The notes under the pieces are model-generated. The model had not been told where the DNA came from, did no database searches, and saw only the letters and a program-made list of their open reading frames with translations. From Candidatus Eiseniibacteriota bacterium (GTDB lineage Bacteria > Eisenbacteria > RBG-16-71-46), in NCBI GenBank assembly GCA_031364845.1, contig JANLWX010000100.1, positions 1-21,823 on the forward strand: DNA of 21,823 nt, written 5' to 3'. Every line of letters begins with the position of its first letter. Within the stretch, counting starts at the first letter, position 1. The translations under genes and the position numbers were made by a program. Positions 9,124-16,712 of the stretch are shown piece by piece.

Positions 9124-10482
9124 GTGACGTCGCGTGATCCGAATGCCCCAAGCGGTACGCGCGCGCCGGGCGCCACCGCAGGACGCCGGCTGCTGATCCT
9201 CAGTTACTTCTTTCCGCCCCACTCGGGCGGCGGGATCCATCGCGTGCTGGGCTTCACGCGATACCTTCCGGATCATGGCTGGGACTGCACCGTCGTGTGT
9301 GCAGGCGAGGCCGACTACTGGTCACAGGATCCGAGCCTCGTGGCGCGCGTCGATCCGCGCACCGAAGTCGTGCGCGTGGCAGGTGGGAGCGCGCCCGCCG
9401 CCTGGCTGCGAATGCGCCGCGCCGGATCCGGTGAGCGCTCGCAGGAGACGTTCGGATTGCTGCGGAAGCTCGCCGACTGGTGGTTGATCCCCGATCCCTA
9501 CGTCGGCTGGTCCGGCCGCGGCCGTGCCGTGGCGGCCCGTCTGCTCGAGCGCGGGGGATTCGACGCGGTGCTGTCGACTTCGCCACCGGACAGCGTGCAT
9601 CTCGCGGCCGCCGCGTTGAAGCGTCGTTTTGGACTGCCGTGGGTCGCCGACTTCCGCGATCCCTGGATGGGACTACATCAGCGCACGCCACCCACGCCGT
9701 GGCACGCGCGGCGCCAGGCGTCGCTCGAGCAGCGTGTGCTCACGCACGCCGACCTCGTGGTGACTGCGTCTCGCGCCCACGCGGATATGATCGACGCGCG
9801 CGCGAACGGGCGGGCGCGCCGCGTCGTGCACGTTCCCAACGGATTCGAACCGCACGATCCTTCGACCGGCGACCGTGCCGATCCCGATCACTTCGTGATC
9901 GCCTTCACGGGCACTCTGTTCCGCATGCCGGGGGCCGAGACGTTCCTCGAAGCACTGCACGAATTGCTCGCTCACGATCCCGCGGCGCGCCGGCGCGTGC
10001 GCGTGAAATTCGCCGGGCCGTACGAGACCGGTTACGCTGACCGTTCGATCGCGCTGGGGCTCACGCCGGGAATCGTCGAGTTCCTCGGTCCGATCACGCA
10101 CGCCGAGACCCGCGCGCTTCAGCGCCGGGCCGACCTGCTCGTGTTGTGGAAGATGGAACGCATGGAGGCCACGGTGCCCGGCAAGCTCTACGAGTACTTC
10201 GACTCCGCCCGCCCGATCCTGGCGCTGCTGCCGGAACGCGACGACGCGGCCGCACTGCTCGCAGCCGCCGGCGGTGAGCGCGTGGAGCCCGGCGATCGCG
10301 ACGGTCTGTTCGCGGCACTCGCACGCCACTACGCGCAGTGGAAGGAACGCGGGCGTGCCGCCGATCAAAGGCCCGCGTGGCTCGCCGATCACACGCGCGA
10401 GCGGCTCGCCGGACGGCTCGCGGTCGAACTCGATGCGCTCGTGAACGCGTCGTCGCCTTCGCATCGCGGAGGCTCCCGATGA
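9124..10482 (+). CDS. GT4 glycosyltransferase
   Basis: 452 aa, GTG start after GGGAG. 'LILSYFFPPHSGGGIHR', 'IPDPYVGW', 'STSPPDSVHL', 'PWVADFRDPW', 'VPNGFE' and 'VPGKLYEY'. Confidence 0.9.
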   Translation: MTSRDPNAPSGTRAPGATAGRRLLILSYFFPPHSGGGIHRVLGFTRYLPDHGWDCTVVCAGEADYWSQDPSLVARVDPRTEVVRVAGGSAPAAWLRMRRAGSGERSQETFGLLRKLADWWLIPDPYVGWSGRGRAVAARLLERGGFDAVLSTSPPDSVHLAAAALKRRFGLPWVADFRDPWMGLHQRTPPTPWHARRQASLEQRVLTHADLVVTASRAHADMIDARANGRARRVVHVPNGFEPHDPSTGDRADPDHFVIAFTGTLFRMPGAETFLEALHELLAHDPAARRRVRVKFAGPYETGYADRSIALGLTPGIVEFLGPITHAETRALQRRADLLVLWKMERMEATVPGKLYEYFDSARPILALLPERDDAAALLAAAGGERVEPGDRDGLFAALARHYAQWKERGRAADQRPAWLADHTRERLAGRLAVELDALVNASSPSHRGGSR

Positions 10483-12023
10483 CTCCGACCATGCGGGCGC
10501 AGAATCCGATGGTGCGCATCGAGCGCCTCGGACTCGCGATCGGACTCATCATGGCGACGCTGCTGATGTGGCCGCTGCGCTCGCACGTCACCGACGACAC
10601 GTTCGTCCATCTGCAGTACGCGCGGCATCTCGCCCAGGGCAGCGGTCCCGTGTTCAACAGCGGCGAGCACGTCTACGGCTGCACCAGTCCGCTGTGGACT
10701 TCGCTGCTCGCCGATGCGATCGCGCTCGGATGGGACGGACTGATCGTGGCACGCGTGATCGGTTTCATCGCCACGCTCGCGACGATTCCGCTGTTCCTGC
10801 AGCTCATGCGGCGCACGGTGCGGCTCCCGGCGCTGCGCGGTTTCGCGACGATCGCGTGGGCGTGCAACGCGTGGATGCTGAGGTGGTCGATGTCGGGCAT
10901 GGAGACTCCGCTCGCGGTGGCGCTCACGCTCGCGGGTTTCGTCGCGTTCACCGAAGGCCGTCAATGGGGGTCGCGCCCGGTGCGCACCGGTGCTCTGTGG
11001 TCGCTCGCGGCGATCACGCGCCCCGAGGCGGTGTTCCTGCTCGCGCTGTGGGGCATCACGATGCTGGTCGACACCAACAACCGCGTCCAGCTGCGGCGGC
11101 TCATGTACGGGCTGATCCCGCCGGTACTGATCTACGGCGCGTGGCTGCTGTTCGCGCGTTTCTCGTTCGGGTCGTTCTGGCCCCGCTCGATCGCGGCGCA
11201 CGTCGAGCCCCCGCGGCTGAACGCGCTGCTCGATCATCTGCGGCTGATCTTCGAGACCGACGGCGTGTTCGTGCTGTTGCTCGTGGCTTCGCTCGCCTTC
11301 GGGGGACGCGCGGCATGGAATTCGACCGCGACCTCCGCGCAGCGGCTGTTGCCAATGTTGTGGATCGTCTCGCTGCCGATTCTGTTCGTGGCGCGCGGAG
11401 TGCCCGCCAGTTCGCGATACGTCGTCGTGATGCTGCCGGTGCTCGCGTGGCTCGCGTGGCAGACGGCCGACCGCTGGTGGCTCGGTGACGAGCCCGATTC
11501 GCGGCCGCGCCGCGTCCAGGCGCGCGTGTTGGGATTCGCGGTGATGGCGATCGTCGTGATGCTCAATCTCGGGATCTACCGTCAGATCGTGCATCCGCGC
11601 GTGCTCCGCTCGAGCAGCCTCCTGCGCGCGAGCCTGGTGGAGTGGGGCGACTGGTTCGGGCGGCACTCGCCGCCGAACGCGTCGATCGCATCGAAGGAAG
11701 TGGGGGCGCTCGCGTATCACAGCCAGCGCCGCGTGCACGATCTCACCGGCTTCGTCTCGCCCGAGCTCGAACCGTACATGCGCGCCGGCGGCGATCCGGT
11801 CGCGTCGTTCGCATTCGCGAAAGTCGCGCGCCCGATGTTCCTGGTCGACCGCTCGACGCGCGCGTTCGATCTCATGGAGCGCAGTCCGTACGGCGCCGCA
11901 CTCACGCCGCTCGGTCGCGCGCCGGCGTACATCAGCCGTTCGCGGAATGATTCGGTCTACACGTTCTACAAGATCGACTGGAGCGTGTACGACACGCTCC
12001 GCACGCGCGCGGGAACGCCATGA
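10479..12023 (+). CDS. Polytopic membrane protein, GT-C-like (AftB/arabinofuranosyltransferase-related) glycosyltransferase
   Basis: 514 aa. ATGA overlap with the upstream stop, with SD GGAGG. First-loop motif 'TDDTFVHLQYARHLAQGSGPVFNSGEHVYGCTSPLW', 'SGMETPL', 'TRPEA', ~10 TM helices and a C-terminal 'VGALAYHS..VHDLTG' domain. Confidence 0.75.
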   Translation: MTPTMRAQNPMVRIERLGLAIGLIMATLLMWPLRSHVTDDTFVHLQYARHLAQGSGPVFNSGEHVYGCTSPLWTSLLADAIALGWDGLIVARVIGFIATLATIPLFLQLMRRTVRLPALRGFATIAWACNAWMLRWSMSGMETPLAVALTLAGFVAFTEGRQWGSRPVRTGALWSLAAITRPEAVFLLALWGITMLVDTNNRVQLRRLMYGLIPPVLIYGAWLLFARFSFGSFWPRSIAAHVEPPRLNALLDHLRLIFETDGVFVLLLVASLAFGGRAAWNSTATSAQRLLPMLWIVSLPILFVARGVPASSRYVVVMLPVLAWLAWQTADRWWLGDEPDSRPRRVQARVLGFAVMAIVVMLNLGIYRQIVHPRVLRSSSLLRASLVEWGDWFGRHSPPNASIASKEVGALAYHSQRRVHDLTGFVSPELEPYMRAGGDPVASFAFAKVARPMFLVDRSTRAFDLMERSPYGAALTPLGRAPAYISRSRNDSVYTFYKIDWSVYDTLRTRAGTP

Positions 12024-12101
12024 ATCATACGCTCGAAGCGAAGTGCACGTCCGTGCACGCCACATCATTGCGATTATTCGCGCCGCGAACGCGCTTTTGT
12101 T

Positions 12102-12130
12102 TTGACACGCACACACTCCAAATCTATTGT
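12102..12130 (+). promoter_or_regulatory. sigma70-type promoter of the dcw operon
   Basis: TTGACA (12102-12107), 17-bp spacer, TATTGT (12125-12130), in an AT-rich patch upstream of mraZ. Confidence 0.8.
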
Positions 12131-12138
12131 GCGGCTCG

Positions 12139-12192
12139 GTGGGGAAAAGTGGTAGATCGTGGTGATCGGTGGATGTTCGTGGACCCTCGTGG
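12139..12192 (+). promoter_or_regulatory. MraZ operator: six GTGG boxes at exact 10-bp period
   Basis: GTGG at 12139, 12149, 12159, 12169, 12179 and 12189 (plus a degenerate GTGC at 12129), directly upstream of mraZ. Confidence 0.85.
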
Positions 12193-12207
12193 TGGAAAGA
12201 TCAGCGC

Positions 12208-12657
12208 ATGGCTTCGTTTCTCGGCACCGACCGCTACGCGATCGATCACAAGGGCCGCATCGCGATTCCCGCGTCGCTGCGACGCGGCGAGGGTCGCAAG
12301 AAGCCGATCACGTCGTTCGTGCTCGCGCTGGGTCTCGACGGATGTCTCGCGCTCTACCCGCCCGAGGAGTGGGCGCGGGTCGAGGAGCGGCTGCGGCGAA
12401 TCCCGATGGGCACGCGCAACGGCCGCGCTTTTCAGCGCGCCTTTCTCCATCACGCGGTGAAGGTGTCGGTGGACGCGCAAGGACGCATCACCATTCCACC
12501 GGCGCTGATGGGCCGTGCAGGCCTCGGCAAGGAAGCCGTCCTGCACGGACAGATTTCCAAGATCGAAATCTGGAATCCGGAACGGCTGGAAGCCGAGTTG
12601 GAGAGCGGCCAGCAGAATCTGGAAGAACTCGCAGCCGAAGTGCTCAGGGAAGACTAG
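12208..12657 (+). CDS. mraZ: Division/cell wall cluster transcriptional repressor MraZ
   Basis: 149 aa with two AbrB-like repeats 'FLGTDRYAIDHKGRIAIP' and 'VDAQGRITIP', plus 'DGCLALYP' and 'KIEIWN'. First gene of the dcw cluster. Confidence 0.96.
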   Translation: MASFLGTDRYAIDHKGRIAIPASLRRGEGRKKPITSFVLALGLDGCLALYPPEEWARVEERLRRIPMGTRNGRAFQRAFLHHAVKVSVDAQGRITIPPALMGRAGLGKEAVLHGQISKIEIWNPERLEAELESGQQNLEELAAEVLRED

Positions 12658-12662
12658 TACCG

Positions 12663-13103
12663 ATGTCGCTCGTGGAATTCGACGGCGCCCGCCTCGCACT
12701 CGCGATCAATCTGGAACTCAGCCACGGACGGCACGGTGCCGCCGCTCGCGTCGAGTTGCTGGAGCGCGCAGGTCGCCGAGTGGCGCGGGTCGATCTCAGT
12801 GGATGGGTCGAGGAGGTCGCGATGGGCCGTTTCGAGCGCACCGTGCTGGATCTGGCGGGACGCGGGGTGGAGGGACTGATCCTCGACTGCTCGCGGCTGC
12901 GCCATGTCGACCATCGCTGCATGCCGAGGCTCACGGTCGCCATGGCTCCGTTCGCGCTGCGGCGCGAAGGACTCGCGGTGCTGGGACTATCGCCCGGGCT
13001 GCGCGAGCGCTACCAGAGATCCGAAAGTGCCGCCCGCGCCGACCGCGCGGCCAAGAGCCCGGCCGCGGTGCCGGCGGCGGGCGAGCATGAGTGGTCGTCA
13101 TGA
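12663..13103 (+). CDS. STAS-domain (anti-sigma-factor-antagonist-like) protein, atypical
   Basis: 146 aa that fill the mraZ-rsmH gap (5 nt after the mraZ stop, 17-nt overlap with rsmH). 'VDLSGWV...LAGRGVEGLILDCSRLRHVD..CMPRL...GLAVLGLSPGLRE' follows the STAS pattern. Confidence 0.68.
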   Translation: MSLVEFDGARLALAINLELSHGRHGAAARVELLERAGRRVARVDLSGWVEEVAMGRFERTVLDLAGRGVEGLILDCSRLRHVDHRCMPRLTVAMAPFALRREGLAVLGLSPGLRERYQRSESAARADRAAKSPAAVPAAGEHEWSS

Positions 13104-13998
13104 ACCGGTGCTGCTCGCGGAAACGCTCGCATTCCTTCGCAACGGTCCCGGTCTCTATCTCGACGCCACGGTCGGGGACGGCGGCCATGCCGAAGCGGTG
13201 CTGGACAGCGATGCCGGTGTGCGCCTGCTGGCGGCCGACCGCGATCCGGGCTCGCTCGACGCGTCACGCGTGCGGCTCGCCCGCTTCGGAGCGCGTGTGA
13301 GCTTCGCGCACGCGACGTTCCGCGAGCTGCCCGAGGCGCACCGCGCCATGGGCGGCGAGTTGTTCACCGGCGCGCTGCTCGATCTCGGCCTTTCGTCGCG
13401 GCAGATCGACGATCCCGCGCGCGGCATCAGCTTCGCCGCGGACGGACCGCTCGACATGCGCATGGATCCGACGCGCGGGATGTCCGCCTCCGAGCGGCTC
13501 GCGCGCACCGATGAGGAGGACCTGGCGGACGTGCTCCGCACACTCGGCGACGTCGGTCCCGCGCGGCGGCTCGCGCGCGCGATTACCGAGGCGGCGCGCG
13601 AGGGCCGGCTCTCGAGCACGCGCGAACTCGCCGCGCTCGTCGATCGTGCGTGGGGGAGTCATCCGCGCAATCGCGCGCGCGTGTTCCAGGCGCTGCGCAT
13701 GTGGATGAACGAGGAGCGCGAGGATCTGGAAGCGGTTCTCGAGTGGCTGCCCGCCGCGATGCGCGCGGGCGGAGTGGTGGTGACGCTGGCGTATCACTCC
13801 GGAGAAGACCGTTGCATCAAGCATGCGTTGCGCGGCCGTCCGCAGACGGTCTCGCGTCGCCTGCCCGAACCGCATCGCGTGGCGTCCCCCTGGGACGAGC
13901 TCACGCGCCGGGTGGTGGTTCCATCGATCGACGAAGTACGCGCGAACCCGCGTGCCCGCAGCGCGCGATTGCGGTCGTTCCGCAGGAGGGTTTCATGA
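13087..13998 (+). CDS. rsmH: 16S rRNA (cytosine1402-N4)-methyltransferase RsmH
   Basis: 303 aa with 'HEPVLLAE', 'LDATVGDGGH', 'DLGLSSRQID', 'GPLDMRMD', 'FQALR', 'YHSGEDR' and 'NPRARSARLR'. Confidence 0.95.
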   Translation: MSGRHEPVLLAETLAFLRNGPGLYLDATVGDGGHAEAVLDSDAGVRLLAADRDPGSLDASRVRLARFGARVSFAHATFRELPEAHRAMGGELFTGALLDLGLSSRQIDDPARGISFAADGPLDMRMDPTRGMSASERLARTDEEDLADVLRTLGDVGPARRLARAITEAAREGRLSSTRELAALVDRAWGSHPRNRARVFQALRMWMNEEREDLEAVLEWLPAAMRAGGVVVTLAYHSGEDRCIKHALRGRPQTVSRRLPEPHRVASPWDELTRRVVVPSIDEVRANPRARSARLRSFRRRVS

Positions 13999-14417
13999 AG
14001 GATTCCGTACGGGGCCGTGCGCCGTTCTGGCGTGCCCAGGAAGCGCGCGTCGTTCGTCCCGAGTTGTGGGCGATGGCGGTCGTGGTCGTCGGCATGCTGC
14101 TCGTCGAAGTGTGGCAGTCCTCGCGCATGACCGAGACGTGTCTCGCGCTCGATCAGGCGCGTCATGCGCTCACGCAGGAGCGGTCGCGAATCGAATACAT
14201 CCGCGCGAGTCTCGATCGCGGCTGGAACCGCTCGGAGCTCGAGCCGATCGCCGCGCGGATCGGACTCGCGCCGATCGAGGGTGCCCAGCAGATCGAGTTG
14301 CCGGCCGGCTATCTCGCGGCGGCCGTGACGAGATCGGAGACGGGCACGCCCGCGTTGGCGTGGCTCGATCGTGTGTCCACGGCGCTCGTCCCGGAGGCAA
14401 CCGCTCGCAGCCGCTAG
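13995..14417 (+). CDS. ftsL: Cell division protein FtsL-like (bitopic, coiled coil)
   Basis: 140 aa. ATGA overlap with rsmH and SD AGGAGG. One TM (LWAMAVVVVGMLLVEVW), a heptad coiled coil and an 'LEPIAARIGL.P' motif. Syntenic position between rsmH and ftsI. Confidence 0.72.
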   Translation: MKDSVRGRAPFWRAQEARVVRPELWAMAVVVVGMLLVEVWQSSRMTETCLALDQARHALTQERSRIEYIRASLDRGWNRSELEPIAARIGLAPIEGAQQIELPAGYLAAAVTRSETGTPALAWLDRVSTALVPEATARSR

Positions 14418-14549
14418 CACGCGTGTTCCGGGATGGAACGCTCGGGCGGCTCGAACGGAAATATCCATATGGAGTGATGACCGGCCGTACCACCGCACCG
14501 CGCACGTCGGGCCGGCGGTTGGCGTGAACCGCCGTTCCACGGAGGGAGC

Positions 14550-16712
14550 TTGGCCCACAGGGAGACGCGCAGGAGTCGGGTGCTGGTGGTTGCGGCCGGT
14601 CTGTTGTTCGGATTCGCCATGCTGTGGCTGCGCATCGGCTGGCTCCAGATCGGGCAGCACGCGCACTACGCCGAGCGCGCGGAGCGCAATCAGGAGCAGC
14701 GCGTGCTCGTGCGCCCGGTGCGCGGACAGCTGCTCGACCGCTACGGCGAGCCGCTCGCGCACGACCTCGTCACCTACTCCGTGTCCGCCGCGCCGCGCGA
14801 GATGGCGAACCCGCGCGCCACCGCAGCCGACCTCGCGAAGACGCTCGGCATCACCCCGAAGAAGCTCGAGCGCGAGTTCACGCGCCGGCCGCGCTTCCTG
14901 TGGGTCGCGCGCCGGGTGGATCCGAATCGCGGCCTCGAGATCTCGTCGTGGAAGCGCCGCGGTGTCTACGTGAGCGCCGAAACGCAACGGGAGTATCTGC
15001 TCGGCGACGCGGCGTGCGAGATCCTCGGACGCACGAACGTCGATCACGTCGGCATCGACGGGCTCGAACTCCAGCTCGATGACGATCTGCGCGGACAGCC
15101 TGGCTGGGCGACCCTGTTCCGCGACGGCCGCGGCCGCTCGCATGCGCTGCCCGGAGGACTGCGCCGCAGTCCCGAGAACGGACGCAGCGTCGTGCTCACG
15201 ATCGACGCCGAGCTCCAGTCGATCGCCGAGATGCATCTGTCGCGCGCCGTCGACACGCTCGACGCGGTGCGCGCGTTCGCGCTGTTCCTGGATCCGCGCA
15301 CGGGCGAGGTGCTGGCGTCGGTGAACATCCCGCACCTGCCGCCGGGAAAGGCGCGCAACTGGAACTTCACCGACCAGTTCGAACCGGGATCGACGTTCAA
15401 AGTGGTGGCGGCCGGTGCGGCGCTCGAAGAAGGGATCGCGCGTCCCGATCAGGTATTCCAGGCCTCGGCCGACGGCCAGCTGCTGCTCGCGCCGGGGGCG
15501 GTGTTCCACGACGTGCACAAGCAGGCGTCGTACACGTTTCGCGACGCGATCCGCTGGTCGAGCAACATCGTGATGGGCAAACTCGGAATCATGCTCGGAG
15601 CCGAGCGGCTCTATCGTTACTGCACCACGCTCGGCTTCGGCGGGATCACCGGCATCGGTTTCCCCGGAGAAGCCGGAGGCAAACTGCGCAGCCCGGCGCA
15701 GTGGTCGCTGCGGTCGTGCCCGACCATCGCGATCGGCCACGAGCTGTCGGTGACGCCGATCCAGCTCGCGCTCGCCTACGGAGCGATCGCCAACGGCGGC
15801 ATTCTGATGGAGCCGATGCTGGTGCGTGAAGTGCGCGAGCCCGACGGAACCGTGACGCGCACGCACACGCCGCGCGCGGCGCAGCGCGTGTTCAGCGCGC
15901 GGACGACCGAGTTGTTGCGCTCGATGCTGACGGCCGTCGTCGACAGCGGCACTGCGAAGGCCGCGCGTGTTCCGGGCACGCCGATCGCGGGCAAGACCGG
16001 AACCGCTCAGAAGTACGACGCCGCGGTCGGCACCTACGGTGCGCGCAAGTACATCTCGTCGTTCGTCGGCTTCGCGCCGGCGGACAACCCGACGCTGGTC
16101 GGCGTGGTCGTGATCGACGAGCCGCGCGGCAAGAAGTATTACGGAGGCGAAGTCGCGGCCCCCGTGTTCCGCGAAATCGTGTACGACCTGCGGCGGCTGT
16201 CGCGCCGTGAATTCCGCGGCGCCTTCGCCGCCGTCGCGCTGCGGCCGCCGGCTCCCGCCGCTGTCGTGGTGCCCGATCTGCATCTGCTGCCCCCCGACGC
16301 TGCGCGCCGGCGGCTCGCCGAGTCGCGGCTCAGCGTTCGCTTCGCCGGCGAAGGGACTCGCGTGATCGCGCAGCAGCCGGTCGCGGGCTCCGCGAGCGAG
16401 CGCGGTGGTGCGGTCACGTTGTGGCTGTCGGCGCCGGCCGACTCGGCGAGCCTCGTGCTGCCGGACCTCACGGGCCTCTCGGTGCGCGACGCGCTGCGCC
16501 GGCTCGCGCGGCTTTCGGTGCATGCGCGCGTCGAGGGCAGCGGCCTCGTGGTGCGCCAGGTACCTCCGGCCGGAACGCCGCTGCCGCTGCGCAGCGAGTG
16601 CCGCCTGTGGTTCAAGCCGGGAGCGGCCGCGCCGCCGGCACCGGCGATCGGACCTGCGACCGCGGCCGCGGCAGCCGGCGGGCGCATCGCCATCGCGAAC
16701 TTCACACGATGA
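14550..16712 (+). CDS. ftsI: Class B penicillin-binding protein FtsI/PBP3 with two C-terminal PASTA domains
   Basis: 720 aa, TTG start after GGAGGGAG. N-terminal TM, 'RGQLLDRYG', 'GIDGLE', SxxK 'EPGSTFK', SxN 'WSSN', 'GKTGTAQK'. PASTA repeats 'VVPDLHLL...VIAQQP' and 'LPDLTGLSVRDA...VVRQVPPAG'. Confidence 0.93.
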   Translation: MAHRETRRSRVLVVAAGLLFGFAMLWLRIGWLQIGQHAHYAERAERNQEQRVLVRPVRGQLLDRYGEPLAHDLVTYSVSAAPREMANPRATAADLAKTLGITPKKLEREFTRRPRFLWVARRVDPNRGLEISSWKRRGVYVSAETQREYLLGDAACEILGRTNVDHVGIDGLELQLDDDLRGQPGWATLFRDGRGRSHALPGGLRRSPENGRSVVLTIDAELQSIAEMHLSRAVDTLDAVRAFALFLDPRTGEVLASVNIPHLPPGKARNWNFTDQFEPGSTFKVVAAGAALEEGIARPDQVFQASADGQLLLAPGAVFHDVHKQASYTFRDAIRWSSNIVMGKLGIMLGAERLYRYCTTLGFGGITGIGFPGEAGGKLRSPAQWSLRSCPTIAIGHELSVTPIQLALAYGAIANGGILMEPMLVREVREPDGTVTRTHTPRAAQRVFSARTTELLRSMLTAVVDSGTAKAARVPGTPIAGKTGTAQKYDAAVGTYGARKYISSFVGFAPADNPTLVGVVVIDEPRGKKYYGGEVAAPVFREIVYDLRRLSRREFRGAFAAVALRPPAPAAVVVPDLHLLPPDAARRRLAESRLSVRFAGEGTRVIAQQPVAGSASERGGAVTLWLSAPADSASLVLPDLTGLSVRDALRRLARLSVHARVEGSGLVVRQVPPAGTPLPLRSECRLWFKPGAAAPPAPAIGPATAAAAAGGRIAIANFTR

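Noticed and set aside
12077..12104. Intrinsic terminator before the dcw promoter (GC stem + TTTTGTTTT)
   Set aside because: Only a ~4-bp stem abuts the T-tract, which is equally explained as the AT-rich UP region running into the -35.
12020..12460. 146-aa ORF starting with an ATGA overlap at the GT-C stop
   Set aside because: It runs across the dcw promoter, the MraZ boxes and mraZ out of frame, with no protein-like features.
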